DNA from: an uncultured Verrucomicrobiae bacterium
Lineage (GTDB): Bacteria; Verrucomicrobiota; Verrucomicrobiia; Limisphaerales; Palsa-1400
DNA: 64,000 nt
Reading direction: 5' to 3'
NCBI GenBank assembly: GCA_963707025.1
Contig: CAVPOM010000012.1
Location: 352,001 to 416,000, forward strand
Each line of letters begins with the position of its first letter. Positions within the stretch are counted from its first letter, which is position 1. Below the pieces are notes generated by a model. That model was not told the DNA's origin. It saw nothing but the letters and a program-made list of their open reading frames with translations, and did not search any database. Of this stretch, positions 19,401 to 29,600 are shown piece by piece. The position numbers and the translations under genes were made by a program.

Positions 19401-20839
19401 CGGTCAATCAACTCTCGGGGACGGCCCAAGGCACAGCGGTGGTTTTGGGCAGCGGCCCGGCATATACTGTGGCCGTGACCAACACCACCGGAAATGGGCA
19501 GTTGAGCATTACCATTGGCGCCGGCACGTCTTTGGACACGGCGGGCAATGCCAATCTGGCCACCAACAGCACGGCCTTTACGGTGGACAATATCAATCCC
19601 GCCGTCACGGTTGGTTTGCCGTCGGTGTCCCTCGCCAATGCCTCCGGCCAGGTGGGCTTTCAGGTGGATTACTACGACTTGAATTTTAGCACTGCGGCGC
19701 TGAAATCAAATGACGTGGTGGTCAGCGCCACCGGCACCGCCGCGGCCGGCAGCGTCACCGTGACCGGCGCCAGCAGCGGCGGACCGAGCACAAACTTTCT
19801 GGTCACACTGTCCGGCCTTACCGGCGACGGAACGCTGACCATCGCCGTCAACCCCGGGGTCGCTTCTGATTTGGCGGGGAATTTCGATGCGGGAGCGGCC
19901 TCGCCCACGAATTTTATACTTTACACGAACCCGCCGGCGGTGACCATCTCCGGTCCCAGCACCAACTTCGGCAATTCGGGCAGCCAGGTGACCTACACGG
20001 TGACGGTCAACGACCCCTATTTGATTGCACCCACGCTGGCCAGCAATGACATCGTCCAGGTTGCGGTGGGCAGCGCAAGGGCGACCAGTGTCACGGTGGC
20101 GAGTGGCGCCGGTTCAACGGCGACCAACGTCAACTTCACCGTCACTCTAGGCGGGTTGGTCGGGCAAGGCACACTCGGTTTCCGCCTGACCAACGGGTTT
20201 GCCTTGGACCTGGCCGGAAATGCCAACATCCAATCCACCAACAGCACCCCGTTTGCAGTGAGCGCCATTGCCCCGCAAATTGTGATAAGCGGCCCGTCTC
20301 CCGGCAAGACGACCAACGGCCCGGTGACTTACACGGTGAGTTATCGCTCCACCAATTCTTTCGTCAGCACGCTCAGCCTGGCCAACATCACCTTAAACCA
20401 GGCCGGCTCGGCCAACGGCACGCTGGTGCTGGCAGGCGCCTCCAATGCTTATACGCTGGTCATGACGAACATCAGCGGCACGGGCGCGCTGGGCATTTCC
20501 ATCGCGGCCGGCACGGCTTATGACACCAATGGAAATTATGCGCCCGCCGCCGGGCCAAGCGGGACGGTGGTGGTCCTCAGCGGCATTGGGGCGGCCGGGC
20601 AGGGGGCGGCCACCTTGGACATCCTGCCTCCGAGCGGCAATAGTGTAATTGTCACCCTCCACGGCATCGCCAGCGCCACCTACGTGGTGCAAGCGAACAC
20701 CAATTTGGCGAGCACGAACTGGTTGTCGGCCGGCACGACGACGTTGGACGGGTCTGGCAACGGCACATTGACCATATTGGGCGGCATTAACAGCAACCCT
20801 GCGGTCCCGGCGCAGTTTTACCGGGCGATTCTCCCCTAG
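16475..20839 (+). CDS. Secreted Ig-like tandem-repeat surface protein (1454 aa)
   Basis: Signal peptide (…ATFRAEA); repeated DTAGN…FIVDTTAPVVTI; C-terminal YVVQANTNL…NW…QFYRA tail. Confidence 0.9.
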   Translation: MRYSIRTTNRSLVIGVLTFALFALAATFRAEAQPAVTITQGPSVAITNANGSVSYTVNIADPVLGVVSLAPASIQLNATGTAAAAGVAVTGAGGSATSTNFAVTLSSLSGDGTLGIMVLANAVTDTASMGSPASTNSTTFIVDTTAPVVTITQGPSVAITNANGSVSYTVNIADPNLGPVTLAPASIQVNATGTAAATGVVVTGAGGSATSTNFAVTLSSLSGDGTLGIMVLANAVTDTAGNGSLASTNSTTFIVDTTAPVVTITQGPSVAITNANGSVSYTVNITDPNLGPVALAPASIQVNATGTAAATGVAVTGAGGSGTSTNFAVTLSSLSGDGTLGITVLANAVTDTAGNGSLASTNSTTFIVDTTAPVVTITQGPSVAITNANGSVSYTVNIADPSLGTVALAPGSIKVNTTGTAAATGVAVTGAGGSAASTNFAVTLSSLSGNGTLGIMVLANAVTDTAGNGSLASTNSTAFIVDTTAPVVTITQGPSVAITNANGSVSYTVNIADPSLGTVALAPGSIKVNTTGTAAATGVAVTGAGGSAASTNFAVTLSSLSGNGTLGIMVLANAVTDTAGNGSLASTNSTAFIVDTTAPVVTITQGPSVAITNANGSVSYTVNIADPSLGTVTLAPGNIKVNTTGTAAATGVAVTGAGGSATSTNFAVTLSSLSGNGTLGIMVLANAVTDTAGNGSLASTNSTAFIVDTTAPVVTITQGPSVAITNANGFVSYTVNIADPSLGTVALAPGSIKVNTTGTAAATGVAVTGAGGSAASTNFAVTLSSLSGNGTLGIMVLANAVTDTAGNGNLVSTNSTTFIVDTTAPVVTITQGPSVAITNANGSVSYTVNIADPSLGTVTLAPGNIKVNTTGTAAAGVAVTGAGGSGTSTNFAVTLSSLSGNGTLGIMVLANAVTDTAGNGSLGSTNSTTFIVDTNAPTIQISAPSHLYTSSNVVSYTVSYSDPHLLTTTLTSANVTVNQLSGTAQGTAVVLGSGPAYTVAVTNTTGNGQLSITIGAGTSLDTAGNANLATNSTAFTVDNINPAVTVGLPSVSLANASGQVGFQVDYYDLNFSTAALKSNDVVVSATGTAAAGSVTVTGASSGGPSTNFLVTLSGLTGDGTLTIAVNPGVASDLAGNFDAGAASPTNFILYTNPPAVTISGPSTNFGNSGSQVTYTVTVNDPYLIAPTLASNDIVQVAVGSARATSVTVASGAGSTATNVNFTVTLGGLVGQGTLGFRLTNGFALDLAGNANIQSTNSTPFAVSAIAPQIVISGPSPGKTTNGPVTYTVSYRSTNSFVSTLSLANITLNQAGSANGTLVLAGASNAYTLVMTNISGTGALGISIAAGTAYDTNGNYAPAAGPSGTVVVLSGIGAAGQGAATLDILPPSGNSVIVTLHGIASATYVVQANTNLASTNWLSAGTTTLDGSGNGTLTILGGINSNPAVPAQFYRAILP
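16580..19285 (+). repeat. 8 near-identical 339-bp (113-aa) intragenic tandem repeats, followed by about 4 divergent copies
   Basis: gtgacgataacc recurs at 16580, 16919, 17258 ... 18953. Confidence 0.95.
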
Positions 20840-20842
20840 CTT

Positions 20843-21331
20843 ATGAATATATTATTCCGGTCTATAGCGCTGGCGGCGTTGGCCACGGCTTTAACCTCCG
20901 GCTGTGCTTCCGACAAGCTGCACCGTCCTGATTCCATCGCCATTGTGCCCAAGACCTCATTCTCCGTGCCGGTGGATCTGGTCTTCGTGTCCAAAGAGAA
21001 CTTCCAGGACATTATGGCTTATGATGTGGACAAATACTGGAGCCCCAATGATCCGGTCCGCAAGGCCGCCGATAAATTCGAGGTCACCGTTTCCGGCGGC
21101 AAGGCGATGCCCGCGGCACTGGTGATTGACGATGGCGTTTGGGCCAAATGGCATGGGAGCGGTGTGGCCCACGTGGTCGCCATTGCCGATCTCCGGGGCG
21201 ACGACTTCAAAGGATTGGGCCGCCTGGATACGCGGCGGGCTGATATTGACTTGAAGGATAAGTTTGTGGATAAAACCGTTGTCGTGGAAATCCAGGACAA
21301 AGCCGTAAAAATAATAACCCTCAAGAAATGA
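20843..21331 (+). CDS. Lipoprotein, probable divergent TssJ-like outer-membrane subunit
   Basis: LTSGC lipobox; 162 aa; VPVDLVFV…YW…VVAIAD pattern; only lipoprotein candidate in the T6SS locus. Confidence 0.55.
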   Translation: MNILFRSIALAALATALTSGCASDKLHRPDSIAIVPKTSFSVPVDLVFVSKENFQDIMAYDVDKYWSPNDPVRKAADKFEVTVSGGKAMPAALVIDDGVWAKWHGSGVAHVVAIADLRGDDFKGLGRLDTRRADIDLKDKFVDKTVVVEIQDKAVKIITLKK

Positions 21332-21421
21332 CAGCCATGGCGCAACGGTTCTCCCGGCTAATGTCCGTTGCGCCGCCCTCCCAAGCCCCCGCCGGAGCGC
21401 GGGCTGTTGCCTGGTTCCACC

Positions 21422-24400
21422 ATGAGCGATTATAGGGATTACGAGGTGTTCAAGCAGTTGGGCGGCGATATTCGCTCTGAAATCGTTTTGGCGCGAAAAC
21501 CGGGTTCCAAGCGTGTCGTTCTTCTCAAAACGCTGAAATTGGAGACGCTGTCGGCGGGCGTCGGCGCGTTTATGGAGCCCGGGTGCCCGCCTTCGAGGAG
21601 TTGGGCGGCGACGCCCGGATCCCTTACATCGAGGCGATCAAGGCCCAAGGCGCCGCCGCGCGCGTCAGCAACTCCCACATGGCGCCGATTCACGACCTGT
21701 TCCCCACGGAGGAAGGCGTCTGTTTTGCCACCGACTTCTATGAGAACGGTTCGCTCAGAAACAAGATTCGTTTAAACCAGCCCAACCACCGGGTGCTGCA
21801 AAACGTCATCGGCGGCATCCTGCATGGTTTGTCGTGCTTAAGATCGGTCGCCCATCGCGGGCACGGCAGCCTGCATACCGACAATGTTATGCTCGGCGGC
21901 GGTCCGGGAACGCCCCTGCGGGAATGTCCTGTCTTCCTGACCGATGTGGCTCCCATCACGGCGCAAAGCCCCGCGGAGATGGAGACGGAGGACCTTCATG
22001 CCGTCGGGCAAATCCTTTACCAGTTGGTCATGCGCAAGGTGGAAGACCGCAAGGAAGGTTTTCCCTTCCCGGTCCGCTCTTCGCCGGAATGGGACGGGCT
22101 GGGTGACAAGGACGGATTCTGGCTGCGCCTCTGCAACCGGTTGCTGGATCCCGACCTGGCGCCCGGCGCCGAATCGCCCGAAGCCCTGCTGCGGGAAATT
22201 GGCCGGCCCGCCTCGCGCAAGCCCATTCTGATTGCGGCAGGCCTGTTGCTCGCTGCGGCGGCCGGTATCGGGGTCTGGCTGGTCATCCCCCGCAAGACCG
22301 TTATTCTGCCGCCTCATTTGACCATTGTCTCGATGACCCCAAGCGACGGGAGAGTAACAAATGGGCAGACGATGACCTGGCAATTCAAGCTCGATCATCC
22401 GGGTGGGCCGATTTCCGCGCCGCAATTGCATCAAGAATTGAAGCCGGATGCGGATGGTCTTTACACCTTTGCCACCACTCCGAGCCTTGGCGCGCCGGCC
22501 GGGCGCACCAACATCTTGATTTCAGATGGCGGGGCGCTCTCGACCAATCTGGCCTTCGAGATTGTTCCGCCGCCGTCGCCTTACCTGAGCATGGACTCGA
22601 CGATTCCGGGTGACAGGAGAGTGATGATTGGGCAGACAATGACGTGGAAATTCAGGGTCGCGAATACGGCCGGGCCGATTTCCGCGCCGCAATTGCATAT
22701 AGAATTGAAGCCGGATGCGAATGGTCTTTACACGCTGACCAATGTTCCGAGTCCTGGCACGCCCACGGGCCGCTCCTACATCTTGATTTCGGATGGAGGG
22801 ACGCTCTCGACCAATCTAGCCTTCGAGATTGTTTCGCCGCCGCCGCCTTACCTGGCCATAGTCTCGATGGTTCCGAATGACGGGAGAGTGATCATTGGGC
22901 AGACAATGACGTGGAAATTCAGGGTCGCGAATACGGCCGGGACGATTGTCGCGCCGCAATTGAATCAGCAACTGCAGCCAGATGCGAACGGTGTTTACAC
23001 GCTTGCCAACACTCCGAGTCCTGGCGCGCTTGTGGGGCGCACCAACATCTTGATTTCGGATGGAGGGACGCTCTCGACCAACCTAGCCTTCGAGATTGTT
23101 TCGCCGCCTCCGCCTTACCTGGCCATAGTCTCGATGGTTCCGAGTGACGGGAGAGTGATGATTGGGCAGACGATGACCTGGAAGTTCAAGGTCGCGAATA
23201 CGGCCGGGACGATTGTCGCGCCGCAATTGAATCAGCAATTGCGCCCAGATGCGAACGGTGTTTACACGCTTACCAATGCTCCAAGCCCTGGCACGCCCAC
23301 GGGCCGCTCCTACATCTTGATTTCGGATGGAGGGACGCTCTCGACCAATCTAGCCTTCGAGATTGTTTCGCGGCCGGCGTCTTACCTGACCGTAGTCTCG
23401 ATGGTTCCGAGTGACGGGAGAGTGATGGTTGGGCAGACGATGACCTGGAAGTTCAGGGTTGCGAATACGGCCGGGACGATTGTCGCGCCGCAATTGAATC
23501 AGCAATTGCAGCCAGATGCGAACGGTGTTTACACGCTTACCAATGCTCCAAGCCCTGGCGCGCCTGTGGGGCGCACCAGCATCTTGATTTCGGATGGAGG
23601 GACGCTCTCGACCAATCTAGCCTTCGAGATAGTTTCGCGGCCGGCGTCTTACCTGACCATAGTCTCGATGGTTCCGAGTGACGGGAGAGTGATGGTTGGG
23701 CAGACGATGACCTGGAAGTTCAGGGTTGCGAATACGGCCGGGACGATTGTCGCGCCGCAATTGAATCAGCAATTGCAGCCAGATGCGAACGGTGTTTACA
23801 CGCTTGCCAACACTCCGAGCCCTGGCGCGCCTGTGGGGCGCACCAGCATCTTGATTTCGGATGGAGGAACGCTCTCGACCAATCTAGCCTTCGAGATTGT
23901 TTCGCGGCCGGCGTCTTACCTGACCATAGACTCGATGGTTCCGAGTGACAGGAGAGTGATGATTGGGCAGACGATGACGTGGAAATTCAGGGTCGCGAAT
24001 ACGGTCGGGGCGATTTCCGCGCCGCAATTGCATATAGAATTGAAGCCGGATGCGAACGGTCTTTACACCCTGACCAATGCTCCGAGTCCCGGCACGCCCA
24101 CGGGCCGTTCCTACATCTTGATTTCGGATGGAGGGACGTTCTCGACCAATCTAGCCTTCGAGATAGTTCGGCCGCCGCCGCCCGCCCTGACCGTCCAATC
24201 CAGCAACCCAGCCAACGCCGAAGCCGGAACGCTGATTACTTGGATTTTGTCGGTTGACGTCGGCCTCTTTCCCGAGCGTCCGGACTGCTCGGCCAAATCC
24301 TCCAATCCCGAACTGATTCCCGATCAGAGTCTGACCGCCAATTTGGCCCCGGCGGGCAATGGGAAATACACATTAACTGTGACGGCCCAATCCAGCAAAG

Positions 24401-26334
24401 GAACGAACGGCTCCGGCCAAATTGTCATTCAGGCGAATGTTCCGGGAAGTGAAACCGCGACGACAAACCTGGCTTATCATATTGTGCCTGTTCCGCTGCC
24501 GGAATTGAGACTAATGAATCCATTGCCGCTGGTCCTGGCAGCCGATTCCAACTCGATCCCGCTGCGCTTCGCGTTGAGCGATGGGAGGGTGTCTGCCCAA
24601 GAGCTGGGCTTCTCCGTGGATCTCAGTCCCAGGAACATTCTTGATCAGTCCAACCAAATTGACGGCTCCATCCGGTGGGTGACGCTCACGCGCCTGCCCG
24701 GAACCAACGGCTTAGTCACCATCAAAGCCATTGTTATTGCGGGCGACCGAACCAACAGTGCCAGCTATAAACTTACGGTGGAGGCGGTCAAGCCGCCGGC
24801 CCTGGTGCTGGCCGGCTCCGCCAACACCGATCTGGATGTGAATGCCGCCAGCGAGATGGCGCTCATCCCATGCAGCACACCGGATTCCAAACAGCTCCAC
24901 ATGGAGATTCTGGGAATAAAAATTATGCCGGCAAATTCGCCGCTTCTGGACACCAACGGCATCAAGTTCGAGCCTGGGCAGGCGCCGGACACCAACCGCG
25001 GCTTCATTGTGTTGCAGCCCAACCGCGGCTATGTCGGCACAGCCACGGTGACCGTCCGCGCCACCGCGGCCGGCGCGACTCCGGCCCAATTTGCCATCGG
25101 GTTGACCGTCGGCGGTGACATTCACCCCCCCAAAATCAAACTTTCCGCAGACGCTATGACGCTGGAACAAGACCAGACCAACCAAATTGGCGTGACGGTG
25201 GACGACGAGTATTCGCCAGCGGGCTTATCGTGGGAGGTCTTATCCCCTCCGCAGAGCTTCGTGTCTGTCAAGCCGGACATGCCGCAGCGCATCGTGACCC
25301 TCACCGGCCAGGCGCCGGGAAAGGCGACCGTTGCCGTCCGCGCGACCGCCCGCAACGGCAGCAACAGCACCGCCAATTTGACGGTCAATGTTCTTCCCGC
25401 CGAGCCGCCTCAATTCCCCATTTTTCCCGACAGCCCGGTCCAGTACCCCAAGGGCCTCCCGGTCAAGATTCAGATTGCCGACAATGCGACGCCGCCGGGG
25501 GCCATCCGCCTGGACTTCCCCGGATTATCCTGGGAGAAGACGAATTGGACCCGGACTACAAATGTGGGGGCCAACCATGTCGAGCTGACGCTCAACCTGA
25601 GCGGACCGCCGGAGGAGGACGCAACCGGGCAGACTTTTGAAATCACCGCCACCGATTTGGCCGGCCATGCCGCCACAAAACGGCTGGAGTTTGTCTTCCC
25701 TCCACGATCGAATTTGTACACCAATGACGCGACGGGCATGGTCCTGGCCTGGGTGAAGGGCTTGCCGGAGACAACCGGCGCCGCCTGGCCGGTGGACGGC
25801 CGCAGCGGCGGTGGCTGGGTCGGCAAGTACGAGGTGATGCAAGGGCAGTTCGCAAAGGTGCTGGGGACCAATCCCAGCGCGAACCAGGGCGACCCCAATT
25901 TTCCGGTGGAGAACATGAGCCTGGCGCAGGCCAGCGAGTTTTGCGATAAATTGACTGCGGGAGACCCCAACCTCCGAGGCTGGCGTTATGCCTTGCCCTC
26001 TGAGCAGCAATGGCTCTGGTTTGCCGGGAAGCAGCCGCCCATGAACGCCAACGGGAATTTCACCAATTTCGCCAATTACCAGATGAGCGGTTTCGGCAAG
26101 CCCATTGCCGTTGGCTCGCTGGAGTCCAACAGGTTCGGCCTTTACGATGTCTTTGGCAATGTCGGTGAATTGACCGGAACACGCAATCCGGGCAACGCCA
26201 AATATCAAGCTTACAAGGGAGGGAGTTTTAGACAAACCAGCCCCGCCTTGGCTCCAGAGTGGCCTGGATACACCGATAAACCCGAAAACAACATCGGCTT
26301 CCGCGTCGTCCTGGTGCCGGTGGCGGGGAAATAG
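21422..26334 (+). CDS. Pseudokinase-TM-89-aa repeats-Ig-like-FGE/SUMF1 fusion (about 1637 aa; one frameshift near 21580)
   Basis: YEVFKQLGG…VVLLK (from 21422), HGSLHTDN, TDVA, EDLHAVGQILYQL; TM ILIAAGLLLAAAAGIGVWLV; C-terminal GKYEV, FPVENMS, LPSEQQW, NRFGLYDVFGNVGE, KGGSF, GFRVV. Confidence 0.85.
22315..24180 (+). repeat. 7 tandem 267-bp (89-aa) intragenic repeats
   Basis: GQTMTW…ISDGG.LSTNLAFEIV occurs 7 times; 267-bp period (22330, 22597…). Confidence 0.92.
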
Positions 26335-26622
26335 CCCGGCGCCTGTCAAGGCAACCACTTGACAATGCCAGGACCGTGCCGGAGCGCGGCCGTCCGTGGC
26401 CTTCGGCCGCGGCCCGGCTCACCGGGGCGGAGGCCGTCGTCGCCTTGGTTTTTTGGGGCCTGCTGTCCCGGTATTTTTTTTAACTTTTTCCTTGCATTTT
26501 TTGGTGTACAGCGTCAAAACGGCCTTCGTTGTAATGAGAGACTGGCTGCGTAAGTGTATTGCGCAAGCGCGCCAGGGGGGCGGTTTGGATTTGGCCGGTG
26601 AATTTGGACGGCAGAAAAATGT

Positions 26623-29600
26623 ATGAAACTGTTGAACTTGTTTCGCCCATGTCTTTCCGTTGCGTTTTTTGCACTCGCGCAAGCAGTGGCTCTGGCCAAC
26701 CCGGGCGGCGGCGTGGTCGTCGCGGGCGCCGCCACTTTCGGAGGCTCCCCCAGCGCCTTGACCATCAATCAGAATTCGAGCCGGGCGGTGATTGACTGGA
26801 ATTCGTTCAGCATCGGCGCCGGACAAAGCACCACCTTTCGTTTCTATGGCCCCGCCGGGGCGGGCAGCGCCGTGCTCAATCGCGTCAGTCCCGGGGCGGG
26901 GCCGACGATCATCAATGGCCTGCTCAATTCTTTTGTCGGTGGCGGCAACGTCGTGGGCGGCAGCGTGTACCTGATCAATCCCAGCGGTTTGCTCATCGGC
27001 GCCCGGGGCGCCATCAACGTCGGCAGCTTCGTCGGCACGACGCTTTCGGTTGATAACAGTTCATTTATGCAAGGAGCGGGCGCGCTGACCTTGGGAGGGC
27101 CTAATGCCGCCCCCGGCTCGGCTGCTGCGATTAATAATCAGGGCAACATCAATGCTTTGGGGGGCGACATCTTTCTGATCGCTCAACAAGTTGAAAACAG
27201 CGGTTCGCTCTCCGGCAACCATGTCGGCCTTGCCGCTGGTTCGTATGTTCAAATCAACCAGCCCGGCCAACCCGGTGCCGAGCGCATCTCGATTCTGGCC
27301 GGCAATCCCTCCACCTCCGGCGGCGCCGGTGTGCAAAACACAGCCTCGGGAGTCATCCAGGCCGTCACCGCCGAATTGGCGGCTGCCGGCGGCAATATTT
27401 ATGCCCTGGCCATCCGCAACGATGGGATGGTCCATGCCAACACCATCACGTCTGAGGGCGGCCACATTTACTTGACCGCTGGCGGCGGCAATATTCTCAA
27501 CACCGGCGTCCTTGCCGCCAACAATTCCTCGGGGAACGGCGGTTCCATCACGATCAATGCGGGCCACAACGCCTCCGCTCCCTCCACCGTCGTCAACACC
27601 GGCTCCATCGAGGCGCGCGGTGAGGCCGGCAATGGGGGGACGGTCGAGATCACGGGCGACCAGTTGACCCTTGCCTCCGGCTCTTTGGTGGATGTCAGCG
27701 GCCGCTCCGGCGGCGGCACTGCTCTCATCGGCGGCGGCCCTCATGGCGCCGACGCGTCCGTGCCAAACGCCTCGCGCACGACCGTCGCCGCGGGGGCGGT
27801 TATTGATGCGGACGCTTTGAGTTCGGGCCAGGGCGGCCAAGTGGTCGTTTGGGGAACCGACTCCCTGCAATTCGATGGGGCCATCACCGCCCGTGGCGGC
27901 GCTGGCGGCGGAAACGGCGGGCAGGTGGAAGTCTCCGGCCACAACAACTACGAATTTTCCGGGACGGTGGATACTTCGGCGCCGCATGGGAGTGTCGGCC
28001 ATTTGCTGATTGATCCCACCGACCTGACCATTGATAACAACAACACCGGCGACACCGCCGCGCATCTGTATTGGGGCACTCTGACCCATCTGCTGACGCT
28101 CAACGATGTTTCGGTCACAACCGTCGGCAGCCTCCCCAACGGCGCCGACACGGGAGCCTTGACCACCGCCGGGTCCGTTGACTTGAACTCGATCTATGAT
28201 TTAACGCTCCAAGCGCAAGGACTTTTGACGGTCGGAGGCGCCATCAGAAACAGCTTGTCCGGTTCTTTGACGCTGGACAGCGTTGGCGCCGGGATCACGA
28301 TTGGCGCTCCCATCACTCTGGCCGGCGGCGGGCTGACCCTGACCAGCGCCGGAGCCATGGCCATCAACTACGACCTTACGGCCGGTTCTGTGTCCGCCCA
28401 TTCGGGAATCAGCGGCGCCGGCGATCTTTCTTTTGGGGCGGGCGTGACGGTGCAGGCTGACAGTCAATCCTATCAGGCTGGGATTGGCAATGGTGGGTCA
28501 GCCGCCGGCCCGCAAGCCTTTCTCTCGCTCAACACTCCCAACTTCTGGAATAGCGCGGGCACGGCATCCGCCGTCACATTTGGTTATCGCCAGGACGGGT
28601 CCGTTGCCACCTACATTCCTGCGGCATCGCAATTCTTTAACGGCACCCCTCCGGCCAATTATTCCATCCGGTCCGACGGCGGGAACCTGACGATCAACAC
28701 TGGCGCCGACCTGGCGGGAAGCGCCCTGACATTGCAGGCCCATGGCACGCTCAGCATAGACGACGACCTTTCGTTGACGTCACTCAGCGCAACCGCAAAC
28801 GCTGTTGCTCTGAACGGGACCGGCGGCTCCGAGACGATAACAACCACCGGGGGCGATCAGAGCTACATGGGGACGGTGACATTGGGAGCGGCCACGACGC
28901 TGAACAGCGGGACCATTGAACTGGCCGCGGTGACGGGAGGGGGCTTTGATTTGACGCTGAACAACACGGGTGTGGCGACGTTGAACGGGGCGGAGAGCGG
29001 ATTGGGGACATTGACGGCCAGCGGGAGCGGAACCTTGGTGGTGAACAACACGATTTCCGGGGCTGCGGTCAGCGACAACGAAGTGACGGCGCTGAACGGG
29101 ACCGGCGGCGCCGAGACCTTAACGACCGTCGGGGGCGATCAGGACTATATGAAGGCGGTGACATTGGGAGCGGCCACGACGTTGAACAGCGGGACTATTG
29201 AACTGGCCGGGGTGACGGGAGCGGGCTTTGGTTTGACGCTGAATAACACGGGAGCGGCGACCTTGAACGGAGCGGAGAGCGGATTGGGAACACTGACGGC
29301 CAGCGGGAGCGGGACCTTGGCGGTGGACAACACGATTTCCGGGGCAGCGGTCAGCGACAACGAAGTGACGACGCTGAACGGGACCGGCGGTGCCGAGACC
29401 ATAACGACCACCGCGGGTGATCAGGACTACATGAAGGCGGTGACATTGGGGGCGGCCACGACGTTGAACAGCGGGACTATTGAACTGGCCGGGGTGACGG
29501 GAGCGGACTTTGGTTTGACGCTGAACAACACGGGCGCGGCGACGTTGAACGGGGCGGAGAGCGGACTAGGGACGTTGACGGCCAGCGGGAGCGGGACCCT

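Noticed and set aside
16676..19429. 917-aa Arg/His-rich minus-strand ORF and many similar antisense ORFs across the window
   Set aside because: Shadows of GC-rich coding and repeat sequence on the opposite strand, with no recognisable motifs
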